A DNA stretch of 63,879 nt, the filler included, from Reclinomonas americana ATCC 50394 (Eukaryota): assembly GCA_048213135.1 (NCBI GenBank). It is 5 parts of 3 records of this genome, joined end to end, with 100 filler letters (N's around TTAATTAATTAA, not from the genome) between each part and the next. Parts side by side here need not be neighbours in the genome. Positions count along the whole stretch, not along the records: positions 49,043 to 57,702 come from PS015063.1; positions 57,803 to 61,644 come from PS015066.1; positions 61,745 to 63,879 come from PS015069.1; 2 more parts are not named here. The stretch is one strand, 5' to 3'. Shown here piece after piece: positions 55,447 through 63,879 of this stretch. Numbering within the stretch: position 1 is the first letter of the stretch; each line of letters starts with the position of its first letter. The position numbers were made by a program, and so were the translations under genes. Below the pieces are notes generated by a model, which was not told the DNA's origin, did not search any database, and saw only the letters and a list, made by a program, of their open reading frames with translations.

Positions 55447-56315
55447 NNNNNNNNNNNNNNNNNNNNNNNNNNNNNNNNNNNNNNNNNNNNNNNNNNNNNN
55501 NNNNNNNNNNNNNNNNNNNNNNNNNNNNNNNNNNNNNNNNNNNNNNNNNNNNNNNNNNNNNNNNNNNNNNNNNNNNNNNNNNNNNNNNNNNNNNNNNNNN
55601 NNNNNNNNNNNNNNNNNNNNNNNNNNNNNNNNNNNNNNNNNNNNNNNNNNNNNNNNNNNNNNNNNNNNNNNNNNNNNNNNNNNNNNNNNNNNNNNNNNNN
55701 NNNNNNNNNNNNNNNNNNNNNNNNNNNNNNNNNNNNNNNNNNNNNNNNNNNNNNNNNNNNNNNNNNNNNNNNNNNNNNNNNNNNNNNNNNNNNNNNNNNN
55801 NNNNNNNNNNNNNNNNNNNNNNNNNNNNNNNNNNNNNNNNNNNNNNNNNNNNNNNNNNNNNNNNNNNNNNNNNNNNNNNNNNNNNNNNNNNNNNNNNNNN
55901 NNNNNNNNNNNNNNNNNNNNNNNNNNNNNNNNNNNNNNNNNNNNNNNNNNNNNNNNNNNNNNNNNNNNNNNNNNNNNNNNNNNNNNNNNNNNNNNNNNNN
56001 NNNNNNNNNNNNNNNNNNNNNNNNNNNNNNNNNNNNNNNNNNNNNNNNNNNNNNNNNNNNNNNNNNNNNNNNNNNNNNNNNNNNNNNNNNNNNNNNNTGC
56101 GAGGGTGTGTGCATGGGAGAATCGTCGCTTGTTCCGTGTTCTTGAATTTCAATTTTTGTAAGGCGACTGGAGCACTGGTCATTCTCCCCCCCCTCTCTCT
56201 CACACACTCACACACTCACTCTCTCCCTTCTCTTCTCTTTTCTGCATCACTGTTACTGTTGCTGTTGTGAGTTGCGCGTTGTTGTCCGACTTTCTTGTCT
56301 GCCTCCTCCCCTCAG

Positions 56316-57094
56316 ATCCGCGACGGTGCCGAGCTCGAAACGCCCATGATGTTGGAGGGCGAGCAAATAGAAAACATCTGCCCTCAAGTGTGCTTCCTCA
56401 ACGGTCAGACCACGGTGCCGGGCGACTTTTACATTACCAACTATCGCACGATTTTCCTGCCGCAAGTTTCATTGCCCGTTCTCTGCCTCTCTCTTCCTCC
56501 CCCACGTTGTGCTCACACGCGTCACACAGAGCAAGCACGAGTACACGGGCATCTCTGCGCCGCATCTCAGTGTGTGGAAGGCGGAGAAGATTGGTGGCAA
56601 GAGCACGCGCGGCGCCAACGCCTACCTCGTCGAGCTGCACTGCAAGGATTTTCGTATCCTGCGCTTTGTCTTTGACCCGCTGCAGAAGCGGAGAAAAACG
56701 GTGGGTTGTGAAGTGGGGGAAGGGTGCAGGAGAGGGATGCACTGAAGAAAGAGGAGAGAGAGAGAGAGAGTGAAAGACTCAGAGTGACGGAGAGAGTTAA
56801 AGTCACAGGGGGACAGAGAAGGACAGAGAGAAAGTGAGAGAGATGGAGGGAGAAAGAGAGGGTGCGATAGAGCGAGCGAGAGAGAGAATGCAAGATGGGA
56901 TGGAAAGTGAGAGAGCGAGATGTGGCGGTCTTTTCACTCAAGTTTGTTTGGTGCTGCAGATCTTCCAACACCTTAAGCGCAAGGTGTTTCCCGATTCGAT
57001 CCGACAAACGTTTGCGTTCTCGTACGTGAGGCACTTTGAGGCGCCGGTGAATGGCTGGAAGTTGTACAACATCGAGGCGGAGTTTGCGCGACAG
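56316..57094 (+). CDS. Myotubularin-family phosphoinositide 3-phosphatase, PH-GRAM region (partial)
   Basis: LEGEQI, GDFYITNYR, EKIGGKSTRGANAY, CKDFRILRF and NGWKLYNIEAEFARQ match the MTM1/MTMR2 N-terminus. Exons 56316-56465, 56530-56700, 56960-57094; catalytic domain not in this scaffold. Confidence 0.88.
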
Positions 57095-57530
57095 GTGCGG
57101 GCAGGGAGGAGAAGTGGGGTGAGGACGTTCACAGCCAGTCTGTTGTCATTGGAAACCTGCTGTTTGCGACTCCGTCTGCTGTGTTTCTAGACCGCTGGCG
57201 TTATTCTCACCTCTCCTCATTCTGGCTTTTCACTCACCGCCCTCTCAGTCGCAGTTCATACCCTTTCTCTTTCCCTGCTTCTTTCTCTGCGATCCCCGTA
57301 GCTTTCCTTGTTTGCGCGCAGCATAATCTCGCTCTCGATGCTTCTTCGCTCTCCCCGAATTCCTCGTTTGTGTCTTTCACGAGGGTCGATGTGTCTCAAA
57401 CCAGTGAGTGCACACGCCTCTCTTTCTCTCTCTGTGCACCCTCTCTGCATCCTGTGATTCCTCTCCATGCCGCCTTGTCTTCTCTCCATCTCGGGAATCC
57501 ATGCATTGTACTCTCCCCCTCACTCTCTCT

Positions 57531-57624
<94 letters not shown>

Positions 57625-57659
57625 CTACTACTACTCTCTACTCTCTCTTCCTACTCTTC

Positions 57660-57691
<32 letters not shown>

Positions 57692-57702
57692 GTCTACGTC
57701 TA

Positions 57703-57802
57703 NNNNNNNNNNNNNNNNNNNNNNNNNNNNNNNNNNNNNNNNNNNNTTAATTAATTAANNNNNNNNNNNNNNNNNNNNNNNNNNNNNNNNNNNNNNNNNN
57801 NN
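57703..57802. other. Artificial scaffold linker
   Basis: TTAATTAATTAA at 57747-57758 within N runs. Confidence 0.97.
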
Positions 57803-58177
57803 AAATCGTCGACGGGACGAGTGTGTGGCGGGCATACGCCTGTCTCGTGGCAGTCTCCTTCGTCGGGTGTTGGCGTCGCCGATCCATCTGGCACCAGCTT
57901 CGTGTTCTCGGCATCATGGAGTGGTGCAAAAGCGCGACGCTTTGCCCTGCGAGTCGATAAGAGGCACGTGGCCGTTCTTCACGGCTCTTCATATGGACCT
58001 ACCTTCGGAATCAGCAATCCGGATATACTGTTGTATGACGGCTGCAACCGCATCGACGGCGGCTTCTGCCAACCCTATGCGTACCAGAGCACCGACGGCG
58101 GAGCATATGGCAGCACGACACTGATGGGATCGCAAGGCTTCCAAGTGGCAGACTACGAAGTCTTCCTCGTCGAGTGA
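57803..58177 (+). CDS. TLDc-domain protein, C-terminal fragment
   Basis: KSSTGRVCGGHTPVSW, DPSGTSFVFS, YGPTFG and FQVADYEVF are typical TLDc motifs. Confidence 0.85.
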   Translation, partial: KSSTGRVCGGHTPVSWQSPSSGVGVADPSGTSFVFSASWSGAKARRFALRVDKRHVAVLHGSSYGPTFGISNPDILLYDGCNRIDGGFCQPYAYQSTDGGAYGSTTLMGSQGFQVADYEVFLVE

Positions 58178-58424
58178 AACGTCATGCTCATCGCGCTCTT
58201 CAGCTCCACCGCATCGTGTTCCGAGAGCCACTACATCGCTGCGCGCATCAAACATGCACCCACACATATGGCAGCACGACACTGATGGGATCGCAAAACT
58301 ACCAAGTGGCAGATTACGAAGTCTTCCTCGTCGAGTGAAACCTCTTGCTCATCGCGCTCTTCAGCTCCACCGCATCGTGTTCCGAGAGCCACTACATCGC
58401 TGCGCGCATCAAACATGCACCCAC
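58104..58424 (+). repeat. 161-bp direct tandem duplication of the TLDc 3' end and 3' flank
   Basis: Copies start at 58104 and 58265; six mismatches by manual alignment. Confidence 0.95.
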
Positions 58425-58773
58425 GCACACCTTCGCCGTGTCGACGTCTACTAAATACCTTGCAAGGTCTGCGCGTTAACGTTGACCACAGACCGGAGTC
58501 GGTCTCCGACATGATCTGGACCTTTTTTGCAAGCAGCACTCATGATCAGTGGGCAACATGCACGCACGGCAAGTCGCGATCGGCAATATCGACAATCGCA
58601 ATATCGGCATGGCTAGACGGCGCAGCACGAAGGTGGGGTGTGCACGTAGCTGGCAACATGCACATGCATTCATGTTCCGGCGCACAACTGCGCTCACTTC
58701 AGAGACCGCAACTTCGTTATCCCACACAAATCGTCCTGCTGCATTTCCCGTCCCGCCCTTCCCTCTCCCCACC

Positions 58774-61239
58774 ATGTCGCTCGTCAACGCCCTCCTCCAA
58801 GGCATCTTCATCGACGAGAACTTCCTCATTCTCATGGCCATCAGCGCCTCCGCGCCTCTCATCTGGAACCTCCTCGCGCGCGCACAGTACAGCTTCGACG
58901 CCCTCTCGCGTCTCTGCTGCGGACACCGCACTCTCGCCAATGTCCTCCTCGCCGCCTGGATCTTTGGATACTCGGGATACAGGGACTTGGTGTTGCGCAT
59001 GAGCAGAGAGAGAGAGAGAGTAAGTGCGTCACACCAAAGTGTGTGACATGTCGTCGTGTTGCAGGTTCTTCCGTGATGTGGAACTGTGGCCGCGCTCTGC
59101 GTTGTTGGATAATGATGTGTCGCGTGTGGCGGCTATTGTGTTGTTTGCGCTCGGCAGTCTGTTTGTGTATACCTCCATTGGACAGCTGGGATTTGTTGCG
59201 TGGCGCTGATGCAGTAGTGTGCATGTGCTCCTTTCTCTCTCTCTCATGCACTCCGCGTGTCTCACTGTTGTTGCATATCATCCTCTGCGCTTCTCTCTTT
59301 CTTCTTCCACTCTCCTCCTCACCTTCTTCATCCTACTGATGTCTGCCTGTCTGTCTCTCTTCTCTCTTTCCTCAACTCTTTTCTCTCTCTCTTTTCATCC
59401 TTCTACTTCTCCTCCTCCTCCTCCTCGCCTTCATCCTCTCTCTCTCTCTCACATGCATTCACACTTTTCTTGTGTGTCTCCTTCATGTCTTCCTCTGGGC
59501 TTCACTCTCATTTCTTCTTCTTCCTCCTCCTCTTCATCCTCTCGCTCTCTCCTTGTGTCTTACTGTAGTCTGCCTGCCAATCTCTTCTCTCATGCTCCTT
59601 CCCTTCTACTCTATCCTTCTCTGTCCTCGCTTCTGTTTTCCCTCTCTCTCTCTCACTCACTCTCTCTCGCTCACTCTCTCCTTGTGTCTCACTTCTCTCA
59701 TTCCTTGCTCCTTCTCAGTCTCTCCCCTTGCTCTCTCTCTCTCTTTCACTCACGCACTCTCTCCTTGTGTTTCACTGTTGTCTGCTTGTCTGTCTCTCTT
59801 CTCTCTTTCCCTGCCCCTTCCCTTCTATCCTACCCTTCTCCGTCCTCGCTTCTGCCTTCCCTTTCTCTCTCACTCACTCTCTCCTTGTGCCTTACTGTTA
59901 TCTGCTTGTCTGTCTCACGTCTCTCCTTTCTCAACTCTACACTCTCTCTTTCTCATTTCTTCCTCATCCTCCTCCTCCTCGCCTGCATCCTCTCTCTCCC
60001 TCTCTCACGCACACATTCACTCTCTCCTTGTGTCTCATTGTTGTCTGCCTGCGTGTCTCTCTTCTCTCATTCCTTGCTCCTTCTCCTCCTCTCCTTCTTC
60101 TTCGTCTCCTTCTGCCTCTTCCTCCTTCTCTTCTGTATCATCTCCTCCTCCTCTCCTGTCTCTGTCTTGAGCTCACTGGTGTGTTGGTTGCAGTACGGCA
60201 CGTGGTTGGGCGACTACTTTGGCTTCCTGCAGCCGTCACGCGTGACATCATTCCCGTTCAACGTGCTCGATGTGAGTTACGAGGGAGAAAGAGCTGGGGA
60301 GGGTTACATGACGCCTGCTGCTGTGCATGACGCGGTATTGAGATACTCTGTGGTTCACGTATCATGCATGTCACTGTGAGAGTGAGCGAGCGTGCTTCTC
60401 GAGAGCAGAGCATAATGTTCACACCTCACTTTTGATACTTTGAGAACCTGCGCAATCCCATGTATTTCGTCGGATCGACGCGTGCGTACAGGACGCGTTA
60501 TATCTGTCGCATTCTCGATCCATCGTTCTACTTGTTGTGCACTTTGACAGCTTATGGTTGCGTGAGGGTCAGAGACCGCGACCACAGCATTTCACGAAGA
60601 CCTGCTTTCTCGTCCTCATGTTATCACATGAGAACAGAGCAGAGATAACATCTCAGCCTGCACTGCCGTCAGCCTGCACTGCCGTGGCTACGTTGAGAAC
60701 TTTCACAATTCCTTGTTTGCTCGATGTGCTTGTATTTGTGTGTCAAGCCTAACCAGACAGATGCTTGCTTTCTGGTCTATCGTATGTTTCCGTTTATCAT
60801 CTTTTGTCACTGCGTGGGAGCAGCGCAGAGCGTTACACATCTCGCGCTGCATGCAAAATTTATGATCCTTTCAATCCCAAGTTCGTCAGTTTCTCTACTT
60901 AGATCGCATGAAGCACTCACCCTTCCCCTCCCCTCCCCTCCCCTCCCCTCCCCTCCCCTCCCCTCCCCTTCCCCCTCCCCCTTCCCCTCCCCCCTCCCTC
61001 CCCCCTCCCCCTCCCCTTCCTCTCTCCCGCAGAACCCCATGTACGTCGGCAGCTCCATGTGCTTCCTCGGCCACGCCCTCTGGGAGCGCAGCCTGAACGG
61101 CGTCATGATGTCCGTGTGGATCTTCCTCGTCTACCGCATCGCGCTGCTCTTCGAGGAGCCGTACACGGCGGAGATCTACGCGCGCGTGGAGCGCCTGAAG
61201 CTCGGTGGCCAGCGCAAGAGTGTCAACTCGACCGAGTAG
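58774..61239 (+). CDS. PEMT: Phospholipid N-methyltransferase (PEMT/OPI3 family)
   Basis: PLIWNLLARAQY, LGF|YGTWLGDYFGFL, RVTSFPFNVLD|NPMYVGSS and ALLFEEPYTAEIY. Exons 58774-58991, 59065-59194, 60194-60271, 61033-61239. Confidence 0.96.
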
Positions 61240-61365
61240 AGAGAGGGAGATGTCAAGCGGCGATGCCAAGTGCATCACAAAAAAACGGCATGACCTTTAT
61301 AGAATGAATTTTTTCCCCCCCACCCCTGATGACATGTCTCACTCGATGCTGCGCTGCGCAAGGAG

Positions 61366-61644
61366 CTAGCGACGCGACGCACCACCACCACGGCCACTGG
61401 CGCCGCCACCACCGCCGGCACCACCACCACCTCCGCCACCACCACTGAGATGCGGGAGGCGAGTGTTGCTGTTGCTTCTTGCCGGCGCCCCTCGCGAGCT
61501 GCCGCCACCGCGACCGCCGCCCCTGCTGCTGCCTGCCGACGCCTCCCGTCCTCCGGCCGCCCCCGCAGCGCCGCCTCTTCGGTCGCGGGTGGGTGCGCTG
61601 CGTGCGCCCACTCGTCCGTGCTTCAGTTCGTTGAGTTCTGCAGG
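61366..61644 (-). CDS. C-terminal fragment of an unknown protein with a Gly/Arg-rich tail
   Basis: Open frame ...ELNELKHGRVGARS...GGGRGGG...ASRR*, convergent with PEMT; cut by the linker. Confidence 0.4.
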   Translation of the reverse strand, partial: PAELNELKHGRVGARSAPTRDRRGGAAGAAGGREASAGSSRGGGRGGGSSRGAPARSNSNTRLPHLSGGGGGGGGAGGGGGASGRGGGASRR

Positions 61645-61744
61645 NNNNNNNNNNNNNNNNNNNNNNNNNNNNNNNNNNNNNNNNNNNNTTAATTAATTAA
61701 NNNNNNNNNNNNNNNNNNNNNNNNNNNNNNNNNNNNNNNNNNNN
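61645..61744. other. Artificial scaffold linker
   Basis: TTAATTAATTAA at 61689-61700 within N runs. Confidence 0.97.
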
Positions 61745-62606
61745 CGGCTGCCGCGCCCACTCGCCACCATCCGCGGGCTGATCCACGTTCAAACGCGCCA
61801 GCAACTCGTCGTCATCGTCCACATCGTAGTCCTCGGCCGACAGCAGCGACATGGCGGCCTCCTCGACATTGCCGCCAGTCGCACTCAACGCCGCCCGCAG
61901 CGCCGCCACCGACACTGTCGGAAACGCCTGCTGCAGCTGCTCCACCTGCGCCTGCTCCACCTGCGACGGCGGCAACTCGGGAAACTCGTGCACACAGTCG
62001 TGCTCTGGTGGCGGTGCCGCCGGCCGCCCCAGTGCTGCAGACTCGCGTTGCGCCCAGCGTCTGCACGGGCGCGATGAGCGGAGAATGCAGAGAGGCACAC
62101 GGAGTGCAAAAGGGAGGCAGCAGTACCCGGTTGGTCGTTCACGAGGCACACTCGGCACAGTAGCAGCAGCAGCAGCTGCTGCGTGTCTCGCACGTGCAGC
62201 GGCCTTGACCGGTGATCCCGATGCCTGCATGTGAAGCAACCACTTGGGTGCCTCCTCCGGCTCCTCGTCTGCGAGACTGTGGTGCCCCTCATCGGCCTGC
62301 TGCTGGTCCTCGGCATCCTCTCCGTCCATCTCGTGACATAGAATGTCTGTATGGGCGTGTGTGAGCAAAGCAGTTGTTGCTGTTGTTGTCTGCTCATGCC
62401 ATGTCACCCTCACCAATGACTTGCTGCAGGTTGTTGTTGGTGGCCTCCAGCAGCAGTGCCACCTTGGTCGAGTAAAATATAAGTGTGTGTGAGCACACAC
62501 GTGGGAGCACCCAGTGACTCTCTCCAGTCGGGCCACTTACCACATCGCGTTGCACCTCGGGTGCAAACATGCTGCACAGCAGCTCCACTTGATCGTCGTC
62601 GCCCAT
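61745..62606 (-). CDS. Protein with two CUE-like ubiquitin-binding domains (3' truncated)
   Basis: QVELLCSMFAPEVQRDV|VALLLEATNNNLQQVI|DIL and QVEQLQQAFPTVSVAALRAALSATGGNVEEAAMSLL; introns 62540-62463, 62413-62347, 62126-62061. Confidence 0.75.
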
Positions 62607-62773
62607 CCTCTGTCAATGAAAGCAAAGAGATGAGAGGACGACAGTGCGGCGAAGTTCTTTCTTTTTGTTGTTATTGATTGATATACACTCTTCTCGGCAT
62701 TACACAGGCGGTGGCGAGGCTCTTGTCTATTGTCTTCCTCGCCCACACACACACACACACATACACGCTCCCT

Positions 62774-63827
62774 CTATGAGACTGGCGCGGACGGTGGCGA
62801 AGAAACCGAGGTGCGCTGTGCAATGGGTGGCGACGTCGGACCGCCCAGTTGTGCGCTGGTGGTCACCGCCGCCGGCGAGTTCGTGCCTTCGCCATTCGCC
62901 TGCTGTTGTCCTTCTTCCTGCTGCCGTTGCCGCTCCTTCTCGGCTCGTTCGCGCTCCATCACAGCCGAGCTCTTGTACTCGAATTCGCACGATCCGATAG
63001 GATGCGCCACAGCGGTGCGCGCCATGTACGGAATGTGCACTGCGCCAAACTTGCGGAACAGGCGGTATCGCCACAACAGCTTGCTCAGAATGATCTGCGT
63101 GCCCATCTCTTTGTCAGCGCACAACAACACGCAAAAGCCCCACCCCCGGAGAGTAGTGGCGTACCTTGCTGGCGGCAATGGCAAACTTGCGACCGGGGCA
63201 TGCGTGTGTTCCGTAGCCAAAGATCGATACCGTGTACTTGGCGGGATCGTCCTTGCGGTAGTAGCGCTCCGACAGGAACGTGTCGTCCCACCGAGCCGGC
63301 TCAAACTGCGACATGGCCGGTGCGTCTTCGTAGGCCGCCATGTACGGATTCACCGTGTTCATCTCGTACAGGCGCGTGAGCAGGAAGGTGTCGGTCGGCA
63401 GGTGCCACTCTACTCGCTTGCCGTCTCTGTCCTGATCTTCCATCACCCACGGCCGTACTGTCAGACGCGGCACTGGCGAGTGTTGCGCGATGCGCAGTCC
63501 TTCGCAAATCACCCGCTCCAGGTGCGGCAACTCCACCAACAGCAGATCGTACTGCGACGTAAACTGTGGGCCGTGCCGACGAATCGCATCCTCAATCTCC
63601 GTCATGACGCGCTGGGCGTGCTGTCGGTCCTGAATGGCCAAATGCACCAGCGCCCACGCGATTCCGCCCAGCAGATTCGAGTGCGCCACGAAATACGTCA
63701 CCAACGCCGTCATGGCCACCTTGCGGTGGCGGGCCTCCATCGGCTGAATGTCTGCGTGGTACTCGTACAGACGCGTGAGGTTGTCATTCGGCAGCACGTC
63801 CATCTCCATGCGTTTCCGACCGATTTC
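62774..63827 (-). CDS. Cytochrome P450, C-terminal half
   Basis: ExxR (EGLR), FEPARW and heme motif FGYGTHACPG; intron 63164-63095; acceptor at 63828, so the gene continues beyond the window. Confidence 0.95.
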
Positions 63828-63879
63828 CTGCACACACCGCAGCGCAGTCAGCGCGGGTTACGAAGGCAGCTGCCGCGGG

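Noticed and set aside
58104-58424. Diversity-generating retroelement VR/TR pair
   Set aside because: Only 3 of 6 mismatches fall at adenines of the downstream copy, the repeat includes 3' flank, and no reverse transcriptase is visible.
59219-60379. Long Leu/Ser-rich membrane-protein-like ORFs (also 22768-23895, 42960-43580, 51517-52332)
   Set aside because: Pyrimidine- or purine-rich intron sequence lacks stop codons by composition; flanking exons splice in frame around them.

Overview
Eukaryotic, intron-dense, GC-rich protist-like genomic DNA with many (CT)n/(GT)n microsatellites. It is a draft assembly: four artificial N44-TTAATTAATTAA-N44 linkers split the window into five scaffolds (1-26746, 26847-48942, 49043-57702, 57803-61644, 61745-63879) whose adjacency is not established, and there are many internal N gaps. 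Genes read by hand-splicing: RAD50; a secreted Cys-rich/EGF-like protein with a long intronless bacterial-like C-terminal region; three tandem paralogues of an unrecognised multipass membrane protein; an SPX-domain gene followed across a gap by a phosphatidylserine decarboxylase C-terminus; a Dbf4-like protein; SAP18; an INPP5E-like 5-phosphatase head-to-head with a myotubularin; a TLDc fragment; PEMT/OPI3; a tandem-CUE protein; a cytochrome P450. Most notable: (1) an array of 12 symmetric 30-33-nt microexons encoding an xHSPPAxESHS repeat in the INPP5E-like gene; (2) a recurrent 5' splice-site class GTTGCG(T), i.e. the usual donor with one extra T; (3) a possible SPX-PSD fusion; (4) a TA-flanked TIR element with no recognisable transposase core; (5) two gene segments assembled in inverted orientation that rejoin their genes in frame. 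Exon calls rest on reading frame and remembered family motifs; no searches were run.
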